Positions 18,914-26,753 of a DNA stretch of 56,834 nt are shown piece by piece (within the stretch, counting starts at the first letter, position 1; every line of letters begins with the position of its first letter). The notes under the pieces were generated by a model, which had not been told where the DNA came from, searched no databases, and saw nothing but the letters and a program-made list of their open reading frames with translations. Source of the stretch: Blastocatellia bacterium (lineage in GTDB: Bacteria; Acidobacteriota; Blastocatellia; RBC074); contig JANNND010000012.1 of assembly GCA_031398365.1 (NCBI GenBank), forward strand, positions 1 through 56,834. Direction: 5' to 3'. Position numbers and translations under genes: made by a program.

Positions 18914-19642
18914 TTATTTGCCCACAACTGACAACTTCGCCGCCTCTTGTTTGGCTTTTTCCTCAATTCCCAACTTCTCGCGCGCATTCAAATAAAATTG
19001 GTAAAAGTAGCCATACATTGACCAGCAGGACGAAATCACCACGACCCACAACATCGCACGTCCCAAACCATAAAAAATCATCCTCACATCCTGTGCCGTC
19101 ACCGCGCCTTCGCCAAACATATGCGAAAGCGCAATCCCCATTTCCGGCACTGTCCAGAAGTCAATAATCGGAAACGCTTTGGTCTCGACGGGCGGCGCAC
19201 CGGCCACTGAAGCCATCATCAACAATGTAATCGCAATCACCTGCGAAACCATTTTGAATTTACCTGCGGTCGAGGCTGCAATGGCCCACCCTTCGGCTGC
19301 GGCAATAGAGCGCAAACCGGACACAGCAAATTCGCGTCCGACGATGATGACCACCGCCCAGGCAGGCGCAAGGCGATTTTCGACTAAGGAAATCAACGCG
19401 GAAGAAACCAACAGCTTGTCCGCAATTGGATCAAGTAAGATACCCAGACGCGAAACCTGTTTGCGTTTGCGCGCCAAATAACCGTCTAGCCAATCCGTAA
19501 TTGCTGCCGTCAGGAACAACGCGACAGCCCCGATATGCTGCGGCACGCCGAACCAGCTCTCCGAAAACTTCGTCAGCAACACCACCACCAATAACGGCGC
19601 GATGAAGATGCGAAGTAGCGTTAGAGAGTTTGGTAAATTCAT
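18914..19642 (-). CDS. pgsA: CDP-diacylglycerol--glycerol-3-phosphate 3-phosphatidyltransferase, with a roughly 50-aa C-terminal extension
   Basis: NSLTLLRIFIAPLL and the CDP-alcohol phosphatidyltransferase motif DWLDGYLARKRKQVSRLGILLDPIADKL. Confidence 0.85.
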   Translation of the reverse strand: MNLPNSLTLLRIFIAPLLVVVLLTKFSESWFGVPQHIGAVALFLTAAITDWLDGYLARKRKQVSRLGILLDPIADKLLVSSALISLVENRLAPAWAVVIIVGREFAVSGLRSIAAAEGWAIAASTAGKFKMVSQVIAITLLMMASVAGAPPVETKAFPIIDFWTVPEMGIALSHMFGEGAVTAQDVRMIFYGLGRAMLWVVVISSCWSMYGYFYQFYLNAREKLGIEEKAKQEAAKLSVVGK

Positions 19643-19651
19643 AGTCGTTAA

Positions 19652-19694
19652 GTGACTGGTAAGGGCTGCTGCCTTTTCTCCATTACCCCTTACC
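19652..19694. repeat. Short heptad-armed inverted repeat (GTAAGGG-type) filling the nadE-pgsA gap
   Basis: Units gtgactg gtaaggg ... ccattac cccttac. Perfect 8-bp IR ggtaaggg/cccttacc. It abuts the nadE stop codon. Confidence 0.55.
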
Positions 19695-21427
19695 TATCCG
19701 CGATACACATTCGTAATCGGCATGCGGCGATCCCGGCCAAAGGCGCGCGTTGTGACCTTAATGCCCGGCGCGGCTTGCCGCCGTTTGTATTCGTTGATGT
19801 CGACTGTGCGTACGACCCAGCGCACGGTTTCTGCGTCGTGGCCTTCAGCAATCATCGCATCAATGCTCATATCCTGCTCAACGTACATTTCCAGAATTGC
19901 GTCCAGAACTTCATAGGGCGGCAGCGAATCCTGATCCTTTTGGTCTTCGCGCAATTCGGCGGAAGGCGGGCGCGTAATAATATAATCAGGGATGATTTCC
20001 TGCTCACCGCGACGATTGACGTATTGGCAAAGTTCGTACACCAATAACTTCGGCACGTCTTTGATGACCGTCAAGCCGCCGCACATATCACCATACAGCG
20101 TGCAATAACCAACACTGGATTCGCTCTTGTTGCCAGTAGATAAAACCAGTGCGCCAAATTTATTCGACAGCGCCATCAGAATATTCCCGCGAATGCGCGC
20201 CTGAATATTTTCCTCCGCCACGCCCATCGCTGTGCCTGCAAAAACGGGCTTGAGCATTTCCAGATACTGCTTGAAGGTGTCCTCAATGGCAATGACGTCG
20301 TAAGGCACGCCCAGGTTTCGCGCTAAAGCCTCGGCATCGCGCGCACTTTCATCGGACGAATAACGCGTGGGCATAAATACGCACCGCACCTTGTCAGCAC
20401 CGAGCGCGTCCGCCGCGATACAGGCGACAAGCGCGGAATCTACGCCGCCTGATAAGCCAATCACGACGCGCTCGAAGCCATTTTTGCGCACATAATCACG
20501 CGTACCAAGGACGAGCGCTTTGTAAACCTCTTCGACTTTGGGGAGGCACGGCGCGATGACAGCGGGTATTTTTTCGCGCGATTTAGGTTCGTACGCCGCT
20601 GCCAATTCAATCTGTGGAGCGCGTATTTTTTCGCTGGTTAAGAACATCCGATCCTGGCGGCGACGCGGATCGTGCAAGCGTTCGCGGAACACCTTTTCGG
20701 TATTGATGTCTGCCAACAGCAAGTCTTCTTCAAACACTTTGCCGCGTGCAATCAACCGCCCACGTTCATCAAAAATCAAACTCGCCCCATCAAAGACGAG
20801 TTCGTCTTGCCCACCCACCAAATTCACGTAAGCAAGCGCGACAGCATTGTCTTCCGCCCGTGTGGCCAGCATTCGTTCGCGGTCATCACCTTTCGCGGAA
20901 TGATAAGGCGAGGCGGAAATGTTGATAATGATTTGTGCGCCCGCTAAGGCTTGAACTTGCGTTGGGCCGCCGGGATACCAGATGTCTTCACAAATGTTGA
21001 CGCCAATCAACACTTCGCCCAATTGAAACACGGGTGCCGTCTCGCCCGCTTTGAAATAGCGGTAATCATCAAACACGCCGTAATTGGGCAAATAGGTTTT
21101 GTGGTAGACACCCTTGAGTTCGCCGTTGTGAATCACCGCTGCCGCGTTGTGAATGTCCGTCGTTTTGTCCACAAACCCGACGACTGTCGTGATGCCTTGC
21201 GAGGCCGCTACGATTTCGTCAAGCGCTTTCAAATTGGCAGAGATGAATTGCGGTTTCAACAGCAAATCTTCAGGCGGATAGCCTGTGATTGCCAGTTCCG
21301 GCAGCGCGACGATGTCTGCGCCTTGCCCGCGAGCTTGCTCAATAGAGTTGATGATTTGGGCGGTGTTGCCCGCGAAATCGCCCATCTTCGGATTGATTTG
21401 CGCGAGCGCGATACGAATAGTAGTCAT
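19694..21427 (-). CDS. nadE: Glutamine-dependent NAD+ synthetase (nitrilase domain + NadE domain)
   Basis: N-terminal CN-hydrolase (ALPELAITGYPPEDL, ICEDIW) and C-terminal SGGVDSALVA PP-loop. 577 aa. Confidence 0.92.
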   Translation of the reverse strand: MTTIRIALAQINPKMGDFAGNTAQIINSIEQARGQGADIVALPELAITGYPPEDLLLKPQFISANLKALDEIVAASQGITTVVGFVDKTTDIHNAAAVIHNGELKGVYHKTYLPNYGVFDDYRYFKAGETAPVFQLGEVLIGVNICEDIWYPGGPTQVQALAGAQIIINISASPYHSAKGDDRERMLATRAEDNAVALAYVNLVGGQDELVFDGASLIFDERGRLIARGKVFEEDLLLADINTEKVFRERLHDPRRRQDRMFLTSEKIRAPQIELAAAYEPKSREKIPAVIAPCLPKVEEVYKALVLGTRDYVRKNGFERVVIGLSGGVDSALVACIAADALGADKVRCVFMPTRYSSDESARDAEALARNLGVPYDVIAIEDTFKQYLEMLKPVFAGTAMGVAEENIQARIRGNILMALSNKFGALVLSTGNKSESSVGYCTLYGDMCGGLTVIKDVPKLLVYELCQYVNRRGEQEIIPDYIITRPPSAELREDQKDQDSLPPYEVLDAILEMYVEQDMSIDAMIAEGHDAETVRWVVRTVDINEYKRRQAAPGIKVTTRAFGRDRRMPITNVYRG

Positions 21428-21436
21428 AACGAATTC

Positions 21437-22163
21437 TTATCCAGCATTTTGGCGCAACCAGAACTTCAAATCCTCAGCAGCTTGGAAATCCAACAGGTCT
21501 TCGCCGAGCATCGTCAGTTTCGGAATTGGCAACTTCGTGATGGTTTTCTTCTGCGCTGTAGTGACATGGCCCACACGCTTTTCTAATTGCCGCAACGTCA
21601 TTTGAGTAAAGCCTATATGTATTCCTTGCTCTACGCCTTCCTGCCGCCATTCTGAACAAACGGTGCCATAACTTTTTCTCCTCGTTTGGTAAACGCCTGC
21701 TTGATTGAATGCAGGACATCGCCTTTGGTCAGTGTCGCATTAGCTTCTGACGCATACTTCAGCAGCACGCGAATGTATTGTACCGCACTTTGATTTGCCA
21801 CTCTGCCAAAAGCTTCTCAGATGTTCAGCAATTGGGATTCTTCGTGCAAACGATGAATATTTTTCATTATCAACATGGCTGCGCGCACAATTGCCTGCCC
21901 GCGAATTTCCGCATCCTCCAGCGCCGATAAATCGCACAGGTAATACGAAAAATTTGGCGCGTATTATTGCTATTCGAGGAACTCATCTTTTGTAAGATTA
22001 TGACTTCAGGCGAAGCGAGGTCGAGCGAATTGACGATTACGGGCGGAAGATAGTTGCGAACGAAATCAGCGGCAAGTTCAGGCTTGCCAAAAATCTCTTT
22101 GAAAAATTTATCGGTCGGGTTGATGAGTTCTCCGGCTTCGCTTGTTTGAGGCTTTTTCGCCAT
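21437..22163 (-). pseudogene. Decayed Rpn-family (PD-(D/E)XK) recombination-promoting nuclease / putative transposase with a DUF4351-like tail
   Basis: Intact N-terminus MAKKPQTSEAGELINPTDKFFKEIFGKPELAADFVRNYLP. Homology then continues in other frames (..LCDLSALEDAEIRGQAIVRAAMLIMKNI..) with stops. The tail MTLRQLEKRVGHVTTAQKKTITKLPIPKLTMLGEDLLDFQAAEDLKFWL resembles DUF4351. The nuclease core appears to be missing. Confidence 0.65.
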
Positions 22164-22165
22164 AG

Positions 22166-22435
22166 TCAATCAGCGACTTCAACAGAATCAATAATGCCGA
22201 TGATCGCCGCATCTATTGGGCGGTCTTTCATTCCTTCGGCCAGTCGCGCGCTGCTGCCGGACACGACCAAAACCCGCTCCTGCACACCCGCACCGACCGT
22301 GTCTACCGCGACCAAATAATTATTTTCGTCTTCGCCTGTCAACGTGATCGGGCGCACGAGCAATAACTTAGTGCCCAGCAACCGATCATCTTTGCGGGTG
22401 GCGACGACTGTGCCAATAACTCGTCCAATAATCAT
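22166..22435 (-). CDS. Bacterial microcompartment vertex pentamer (BMC-P; EutN/CcmL/PduN family)
   Basis: MIIGRVIGTVVATRKDDRLLGTKLLLVRP ... VDTVGAGVQERVLVVSGSSAR ... DAAIIGIIDSV matches the EutN/CcmL pattern along its full length. Confidence 0.9.
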   Translation of the reverse strand: MIIGRVIGTVVATRKDDRLLGTKLLLVRPITLTGEDENNYLVAVDTVGAGVQERVLVVSGSSARLAEGMKDRPIDAAIIGIIDSVEVAD

Positions 22436-22440
22436 AGAAA

Positions 22441-22561
22441 TTGGTGGTTGGTGGTCGGTGGTCAGTGGTTGGTAGAATCCTGCTTCGCCCCAACTTGTCT
22501 TTGCCAGTTTTTACAGACGCGGCAATCTATACCGACCACCAGTCACCGACGACCGACTACT
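22441..22561. repeat. Heptad-armed inverted repeat (GGTGGTY x5 versus complement x5) between the BMC-H and BMC-P genes
   Basis: 22441-22475 is ttggtgg ttggtgg tcggtgg tcagtgg ttggtag. 22527-22561 is ctatacc gaccacc agtcacc gacgacc gactact. The perfect 11-bp core is tggtggtcggt (22449-22459) / accgaccacca (22531-22541). Confidence 0.8.
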
Positions 22562-22838
22562 ATTTTTTCATCATGACTGGCATCACTTCATCTACCGAAC
22601 CGTGCGGACGTGGGATGACGTGGACGCCGACCAATTCGCCAACGCGACGCGCGGCAGCGGCTCCAGCATCTGTGGCGGCTTTGACCGCCGCGACATCGCC
22701 GCGCACAATTGCGGTTACAAAACCGGCACCGATTTTTTCGTAGCCGACCAGCACGACGTTTGCCGCCTTCACCATCGCGTCTGCGGCTTCAATCGTCGCG
22801 ACCAAGCCTTTTGTTTCAATCATTCCGAGTGCTTCCAT
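22560..22838 (-). CDS. Bacterial microcompartment shell hexamer (BMC-H; PduA/EutM/CcmK family)
   Basis: [59 protein letters not shown] is a near-canonical Pfam00936 single-domain shell protein. Confidence 0.93.
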   Translation of the reverse strand: MEALGMIETKGLVATIEAADAMVKAANVVLVGYEKIGAGFVTAIVRGDVAAVKAATDAGAAAARRVGELVGVHVIPRPHGSVDEVMPVMMKK

Positions 22839-22864
22839 TGCTTCTCCTCATTCAGTTCTAAACT

Positions 22865-23650
22865 TTACTGATTTATCAATCTTGCCGTTTGGGACAATAA
22901 CTCGACCAATTCTTCGCGCGTCAACGTAATGGTTTCTGCCTCGTCGCTTTGCCCCTTCGCCCTGTCGCCCATTCCACAAGCCTGCCCGGTACGCGCTTCA
23001 ATCGGCATTACCCCCGCGCGTTCCCGAATCTCGAAAAGCTTGGGAATCGCGCGCTCTGGAATCGCATTTTCATTGCCGAGACTGCGGGCAATCGCGCTGA
23101 TTTTACAAGTGTGTTCCAGCGTTTCCAGTTTATTGAATGCTTTTTCCAGGGTGTCAGCATACGCGACTGCGCCGTGATTCGCCATCAGCAAGGCGTCGTG
23201 AAATGCTAAAAACGGCTCAATGGCATCCGTCAGTTCACGTGTCGAAGGTGTGCCATAATTGGTCAACGGGACGCAGCCGAGCGTCAATATAACCTCAGAC
23301 AAAATCGCCTTGTCGAGCGAAAGCCCGGCGACCGCAAAGCCCGTTGCATACGGCGGATGACAATGCACAACGGCGTGAATGTCGGCGCGATGTTGGTAAA
23401 TTGTGCGGTGCATGGGCCACTCGGATGACACTTTGTAATCGGAAGGTTCCAGCGCATTGCCGTCCAAATCTACGACAACCATCATCTCCGGTTTCATCCA
23501 ACCTTTGCTGACCGCCGATGGTGTGGCGATGCAGCGATTCGGGCCAACGCGCACACTGATGTTGCCATCACCCGCCACGATGTGACCGCGCTCATAACAA
23601 CGGCGCGCTGTGTCCACAATTTGTTCTTTGATAATTCGTTCGTCCATCAT
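22865..23650 (-). CDS. Class II aldolase/adducin-family protein (FucA-like) with a 45-aa C-terminal extension
   Basis: GDGNISVR, metal-binding HCHPPYATGFA and LMANHGAVAY. The tail ...GQSDEAETITLTREELVELLSQTARLINQ lies beyond the aldolase fold. Confidence 0.85.
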   Translation of the reverse strand: MMDERIIKEQIVDTARRCYERGHIVAGDGNISVRVGPNRCIATPSAVSKGWMKPEMMVVVDLDGNALEPSDYKVSSEWPMHRTIYQHRADIHAVVHCHPPYATGFAVAGLSLDKAILSEVILTLGCVPLTNYGTPSTRELTDAIEPFLAFHDALLMANHGAVAYADTLEKAFNKLETLEHTCKISAIARSLGNENAIPERAIPKLFEIRERAGVMPIEARTGQACGMGDRAKGQSDEAETITLTREELVELLSQTARLINQ

Positions 23651-24360
23651 TTTCCATTGCGCAGCAGGTCGCGAAAATCTGCGCCCATTCCCGTGGAAGT
23701 TTGCCCGGATGAATTTGGTTGCGCGAGAAAGTAGGAAAGGCTTTCGAGCGAGATGGCAAAATCTACGTGCTTGATTTTGACGCCGGGCTTGGGCTGTAGC
23801 CGCACCGGCGCAAAGTTCAGCACCGCTTTAATGCCCGCTGCCGTCACTTCGTCCAGCAACCTTTCCGCTGCGACTGCCGGGACGGCAAACACCACAATCT
23901 CAATGTTTTCACGTTGGATAAAGGCGGACAATTCTCGTGTATTCTGAATGATCAGGCCATCACGCGTTTCTGTTCCAATCTTGCGCGGATCGCTGTCAAA
24001 AATCGCTACCATCCGAAAGCCATTGACGTTGAATCCGCCATACGTCGCCAGCGCGATGCCCAAATTGCCTGCGCCCACAATCGCCACATTGCGCTCAGTA
24101 TTTAAGCCCAGAATTTGCCGCAATTGTTGTCGTAAATCATTGACTGAATAACCGACGCCGCGCACACCGAATTCACCAAAGTAGGCGAGGTCTTTGCGAA
24201 TCTGCGCGGAGTGCAAGGCGAACTGTTCGGCCATCGCTTTCGAGGAAATCCGCTCGACGCCTTCGCTTGCCAACTCCTCCAGGCAGCGCAAGTACAGGGA
24301 AAGCCGACTGGTTGTCAATTCGGAGATTTTCTCGGTTTTCATCTTTGCCATCTTGGGCAC
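23647..24360 (-). CDS. rex: Redox-sensing transcriptional repressor Rex
   Basis: TSRLSLYLRCLEEL..ISSKAMAEQF...IRKDLAYFGEFGVRGVGY winged helix plus a Rossmann domain VAIVGAGNLGIALA. Its stop overlaps the aldolase start (ATGA). Confidence 0.88.
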   Translation of the reverse strand: MPKMAKMKTEKISELTTSRLSLYLRCLEELASEGVERISSKAMAEQFALHSAQIRKDLAYFGEFGVRGVGYSVNDLRQQLRQILGLNTERNVAIVGAGNLGIALATYGGFNVNGFRMVAIFDSDPRKIGTETRDGLIIQNTRELSAFIQRENIEIVVFAVPAVAAERLLDEVTAAGIKAVLNFAPVRLQPKPGVKIKHVDFAISLESLSYFLAQPNSSGQTSTGMGADFRDLLRNGK

Positions 24361-24447
24361 AATCTGGGCCGCAGAGTTGATAGATAACTATTCGATTTCG
24401 CAAGACTTAATTCAACCAGCCGCCACGATAACGCAGCGTCTGCAACC

Positions 24448-24472
24448 GTGTCAATTCACACGAAATTGACAC
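24448..24472. promoter_or_regulatory. Candidate operator: 9-bp perfect palindrome GTGTCAATT-N7-AATTGACAC upstream of rex
   Basis: Perfect inverted repeat about 90 nt upstream of the rex start, in the rex/ruvA divergent region. It is not the canonical Rex box TTGTGAA-N4-TTCACAA. Confidence 0.3.
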
Positions 24473-24654
24473 TGCTTGCGGCTGTCTCGTACACTCCGGC
24501 TTTGCATTGGAAGAATTGAGAACGAGATGTTTTTACCGTAGAGACGCCGAGTCAGCGCCGAGGCTTGCAAAGGTTTTCTAATTACTCTTTGCGAACCGCT
24601 GCGTCCGCTGCGCCTCTACAGTGAAATCTCCTCTCCAACTAAGGAGCAAATGCT

Positions 24655-25266
24655 TTGATCGCTCACCTCTCAGGAACGCTGCTCAGCAAGCAACCGAATT
24701 TAGTGATCGTAGATGTTGGCGGCGTCGGCTATGAAGTCACGATTCCGCTTTCGACTTTTTACGATCTGGGCGAAGAGGCCAGCCCGGTCGCACTGCGCAT
24801 TCACACGCACGTGCGCGAAGACGCCTTGCAACTGTTCGGCTTTCGCACCGAACGCGAGAAGAAATTATTTCTGCAATTGCTCAGCGTCTCCGGCATCGGC
24901 CCAAAATTAGCGATCACGATTTTGTCCGGGATGAGCGCCGACGAATTGATCCCCGCAATTCGCAATAACGAACTCGCGCGGCTGGTGAACATTCCCGGCG
25001 TCGGCAAAAAAACGGCTGAGCGCATGATCGTCGAATTGAAAGACAAATTGTCTGTGCTGTCGTCGCCTGAACTGGAAGAGCAATTCCGCATCGCCGCAGG
25101 CACCGGCAGCACGACCGCGATGGTGGATGACATTATCTCCGCGCTCGTCAATTTAGGCTTCCAACGCGCCGCCGCCGAAAAAGCCGTAAAAGCGACGATG
25201 CAGGAAAACCCCGATGCAAACTTCTCGCAATTGACGAAACTCTCCATGCGAAAATTGGCGCGCTAG
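24655..25266 (+). CDS. ruvA: Holliday junction DNA helicase subunit RuvA
   Basis: TTG start 8 nt after AAGGAG. MIAHLSGTL..., VDVGGVGYEV and HhH motifs GIGPKLA / IPGVGKKTAERM. Confidence 0.92.
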   Translation: MIAHLSGTLLSKQPNLVIVDVGGVGYEVTIPLSTFYDLGEEASPVALRIHTHVREDALQLFGFRTEREKKLFLQLLSVSGIGPKLAITILSGMSADELIPAIRNNELARLVNIPGVGKKTAERMIVELKDKLSVLSSPELEEQFRIAAGTGSTTAMVDDIISALVNLGFQRAAAEKAVKATMQENPDANFSQLTKLSMRKLAR

Positions 25267-25270
25267 ATTT

Positions 25271-26743
25271 ATGGCAGATTACAAATGGAAGCCAATTGAA
25301 GACTTGCCGGAAGACTGGACAAAACTCGCGTCCAGCGAACTCGCAGGTCTGGCTTCCGTCTGGCGCGAGCATTACGAGACGATCAAAGATTCAAAAGCCC
25401 TCAAGCACTTCAACGAACGATTGCGCCGTGAGTGGGCAATTGAAACCGGCATCATCGAAAACCTCTACTACATTGATCGCGGCGTGACTTTGACCTTGAT
25501 CGAAAAAGGCATTGAGGCCAGTCTGATTCCGCACGGTTCGACGGACAGACCCGCCGAATTGATTGTGCCGATTCTGAAAGATCAGGAAGAAGTCGTGACC
25601 GGGCTGTTTGATTTCGTCGGGCAGCAGCGACAACTCTCAACTTCGTACATCAAGCAATTGCATCAAGCCCTGACGCAACATCAACGCACGACCGCCGCGA
25701 AAGACAGTTTCGGGCAAATGATCGAAGTCGAATTGCTGCGCGGCGATTGGAAGAAGCTGCCGAATAATCCGACCAAATCCGATGGCAGCGTTCACGAATA
25801 TTGCCCGCCCGAACAAGTCGCTTCGGAAATGGATCAGTTGATTGCACTTCATCAGGAGCATTTAGAAAAAAACGTTCCGCCCGAAGTCGAAGCCGCGTGG
25901 TTGCATCATCGCTTCACGCAAATTCATCCGTTCCAGGATGGAAACGGACGAATGGCGCGGACATTGGCGTCGTTGATTTTTTTGCGCGCAGGATTGTTCC
26001 CCTTTGTTGTACATAGAGATGAAAGAGATGAGTATCTGGACGTTTTATTGCAAGCCGATTTCGGTGACTTAAAGACTCTCGTGCAGTTTGTTTCTCGCGC
26101 GCAAAAGAAAGCAATCAATCAGGCGATAAATTCAGCCAAAAGCGTTTTGCTTGATGGAGCACCATTAGAAGAAATCATTGCAGCAGCAACAAGTCGTTTG
26201 AAGAAACGCAAAGAAAGTTTTTCTATTGAGCAGAGTATTGCAGAACCACAATTAAAGTTATATGCCATTGCTGAAGCTAAATTGAAAGAAGTCGCATCTC
26301 CATTACACGACCAACTACGGTCAATTGATTTGCTCTATTATTCTAAAGTAACTGAATATTTATCCGAGGGAGATGAAGACGCGGAGGTTGAAATAAATAG
26401 CTCTGCACAATTCATTGCCAAGGAGCTTGGTTATCATGCTAACTTTTCTGGATTTAGTGCATCACTAGCCTTAGAAATCCAAACCGATCAGTCATTCAAG
26501 ATGGCCTTTTCTTTTCATCAATACGGTGACTCTGTAGATAACATAATGGCTGTTTCTGCCTTTATCCCGATAGGATATAGAGTAGAGAACTTGACATTCT
26601 TTCAGGTTCCACCCAAGAGCCTGATAAGCGATGTCTTTCAATTTACAGATAGAGAACCCTTAGACAAGGTTGCTGAGCGGTTTCGTTATTGGTTAGAAGA
26701 TGTCATTTTGAACGGGCTGAATTATTGGCGAGAACAGTTATAA
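25271..26743 (+). CDS. Fic/DOC family protein (class II, N-terminal inhibitory motif) with an unknown C-terminal domain of about 190 aa
   Basis: Fic motif [12 protein letters not shown] (25925-25960). The (S/T)xxxE(G/N) inhibitory motif is TGIIEN (25445-25462). No family was recognised for residues from about 300 to 490. Confidence 0.85.
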   Translation: MADYKWKPIEDLPEDWTKLASSELAGLASVWREHYETIKDSKALKHFNERLRREWAIETGIIENLYYIDRGVTLTLIEKGIEASLIPHGSTDRPAELIVPILKDQEEVVTGLFDFVGQQRQLSTSYIKQLHQALTQHQRTTAAKDSFGQMIEVELLRGDWKKLPNNPTKSDGSVHEYCPPEQVASEMDQLIALHQEHLEKNVPPEVEAAWLHHRFTQIHPFQDGNGRMARTLASLIFLRAGLFPFVVHRDERDEYLDVLLQADFGDLKTLVQFVSRAQKKAINQAINSAKSVLLDGAPLEEIIAAATSRLKKRKESFSIEQSIAEPQLKLYAIAEAKLKEVASPLHDQLRSIDLLYYSKVTEYLSEGDEDAEVEINSSAQFIAKELGYHANFSGFSASLALEIQTDQSFKMAFSFHQYGDSVDNIMAVSAFIPIGYRVENLTFFQVPPKSLISDVFQFTDREPLDKVAERFRYWLEDVILNGLNYWREQL

Positions 26744-26753
26744 AGCCACTTTT

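Noticed and set aside
20951-21586. 211-aa plus-strand ORF overlapping the nadE 5' half
   Set aside because: It is antisense to the nitrilase domain of nadE, with no recognisable motif. It is a shadow ORF.
24538-24619. Imperfect inverted repeat (gtagagacgccgag... / ...ccgctgcgcctctac) upstream of ruvA, considered as another member of the heptad-hairpin class
   Set aside because: Only the basal 6 bp plus scattered pairs match. The arms show different internal periods (about 11 versus 9), and hairpin support is weak without folding energy.
23647-24654. Canonical Rex operator (TTGTGAA-N4-TTCACAA) upstream of rex or within the operon
   Set aside because: No convincing match was found by eye. Only the non-canonical palindrome at 24448-24472 is present, and it is reported separately at low confidence.
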